DNA of 63,497 bases, counting the filler, from Octopus bimaculoides (lineage: Eukaryota): assembly GCF_001194135.2 (NCBI RefSeq). It is 5 parts of 4 records of this genome, joined end to end, with 100 filler letters (N's around TTAATTAATTAA, not from the genome) between each part and the next. Parts side by side here need not be neighbours in the genome. Positions count along the whole stretch, not along the records: positions 62,029 to 63,497 come from NW_026309818.1; 4 more parts are not named here. The stretch is one strand, 5' to 3'. Shown here in pieces: positions 62,285-63,497 of this stretch. A program made the position numbers and the translations under genes. Every line of letters starts with the position of its first letter. The first letter of the stretch is position 1. The notes under the pieces are model-generated. The model did no database searches. It was given only the letters and a program-made list of their open reading frames with translations, and had not been told where the DNA came from.

Positions 62285-63497
62285 CACACACGCATATATA
62301 TATATATATATCTACATACACACACTCACACACAGATATATGTTTATATATATGAAATATGTGTGTAGCACCAATAATTACACTTGTCATCATGAACTGC
62401 CCCACCACAAGGCGTTGCCTCCTACCCAAACCACTCAGGACATGATGTTACTCCTGTTCGATCCAAACTTAACTCACCCATCTGTTACAATAGACCAATG
62501 GACACAAAAGAATTTTAAAAGAATATTTCTTTAAGAAATAAGAACACAAAAAATATAAGCATAATTTCTCTTTTTGCAAGAACTAATGATTCTACATTTC
62601 TAGATAATATTTGTATTCCGTATTTCTACAACTAGGAATTAATTAAATGCTTGGGCTTTCAATGGTAAATAATATTAACCATTATAAAGTAGGTCGTAGA
62701 AAGATACATGAGCAATATTCATGCTGGTGTGATTTGATCCCTATACCTGTCACTTCCTGCTTGCCTAGCAAGGAATAGTTACAAGGTATTTCAGCTATTA
62801 GTGGGCTTGTTGCCCTTTTTTTTTCTCTGAACTTGGTACTTATAATGTCAAATATTTTATATTATATAATATCACATATTTTATAATGTCAAGTATTTTA
62901 TATCATGCTGATTTTCTTCGACCTTTGAATATTTAAACTAGCTATATCTGGCTCAAATATGCTACTGTTTTATGTTCAAACTAACCAGATCCTGTCTCTC
63001 ACACATACCCTACAATGTCATTCTGAAAATAGACAATCACATAATTGAAATCTTGAAGTTTCAAGATCACTCAATGATTAATTCAAAACAATGTGAATAA
63101 ATAAGCATTGCAATTGACAGAGTAAACTGAATGCTAATTATGAAAGGATTCAAATATAATGTTTTGAATTTTGAGTTTCTTTTCCTGGATAACACCCCCT
63201 TAAAACATCAATTAATCCTTGAAACACTATGGTGTCACACATTCCAGATATAAAACAATGTATAAAAAAATATAGTAAATAAATGTGGGAGGAAGAGAAG
63301 CAGTGATGCAGTTACAGTGCCGAATGTGTGATCTTGCATTGGTGCACATGCATACAGGTATGTGTATATATGACGCACATGTATACATATATGAGTAATG
63401 TGTGTGGTATGATTGTATGTGTGTGTGTATCTAGACAGGTATGCATGTATATATGTATGTATGTATGTGTGTATGTGTGTGTGTATATATATATATA

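Overview
AT-rich, microsatellite-dense animal genomic DNA from a gapped draft assembly, with roughly 9 kb of N and four artificial TTAATTAATTAA six-frame-stop linkers. The repeat content resembles octopus or another coleoid cephalopod; this is an inference, not tested. No host gene could be identified with confidence, and almost every ORF in the track is a gap, microsatellite or transposon artefact. The window is a transposon graveyard. It holds nine R4/Dong-type RLE non-LTR retrotransposon fragments (all on +, several chained through (AAT)n arrays), Penelope-like elements (PLEs; RT and GIY-YIG remnants), six Tc1/mariner derivatives, a Helitron 3' end and many tRNA-derived SINEs. The most notable observation is a set of PLE-type minimal hammerhead ribozymes. 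One family sits inside a SINE-like element built as tRNA-derived Pol III head + (AAT)n + linker + hammerhead + short tail (pieces at 12.6, 29.5-29.9 and 56.1 kb), whose copies together reconstruct an intact ribozyme. A second near-intact hammerhead lies at 41.8 kb, with relics at 44.9, 55.4 and 61.5 kb. The window also has many fold-back inverted duplications and visible retrotransposition scars: a twin-priming-like inversion, a 5'-junction stutter and an inverted RT capture. All alignments and folds were done by eye and need computational confirmation.
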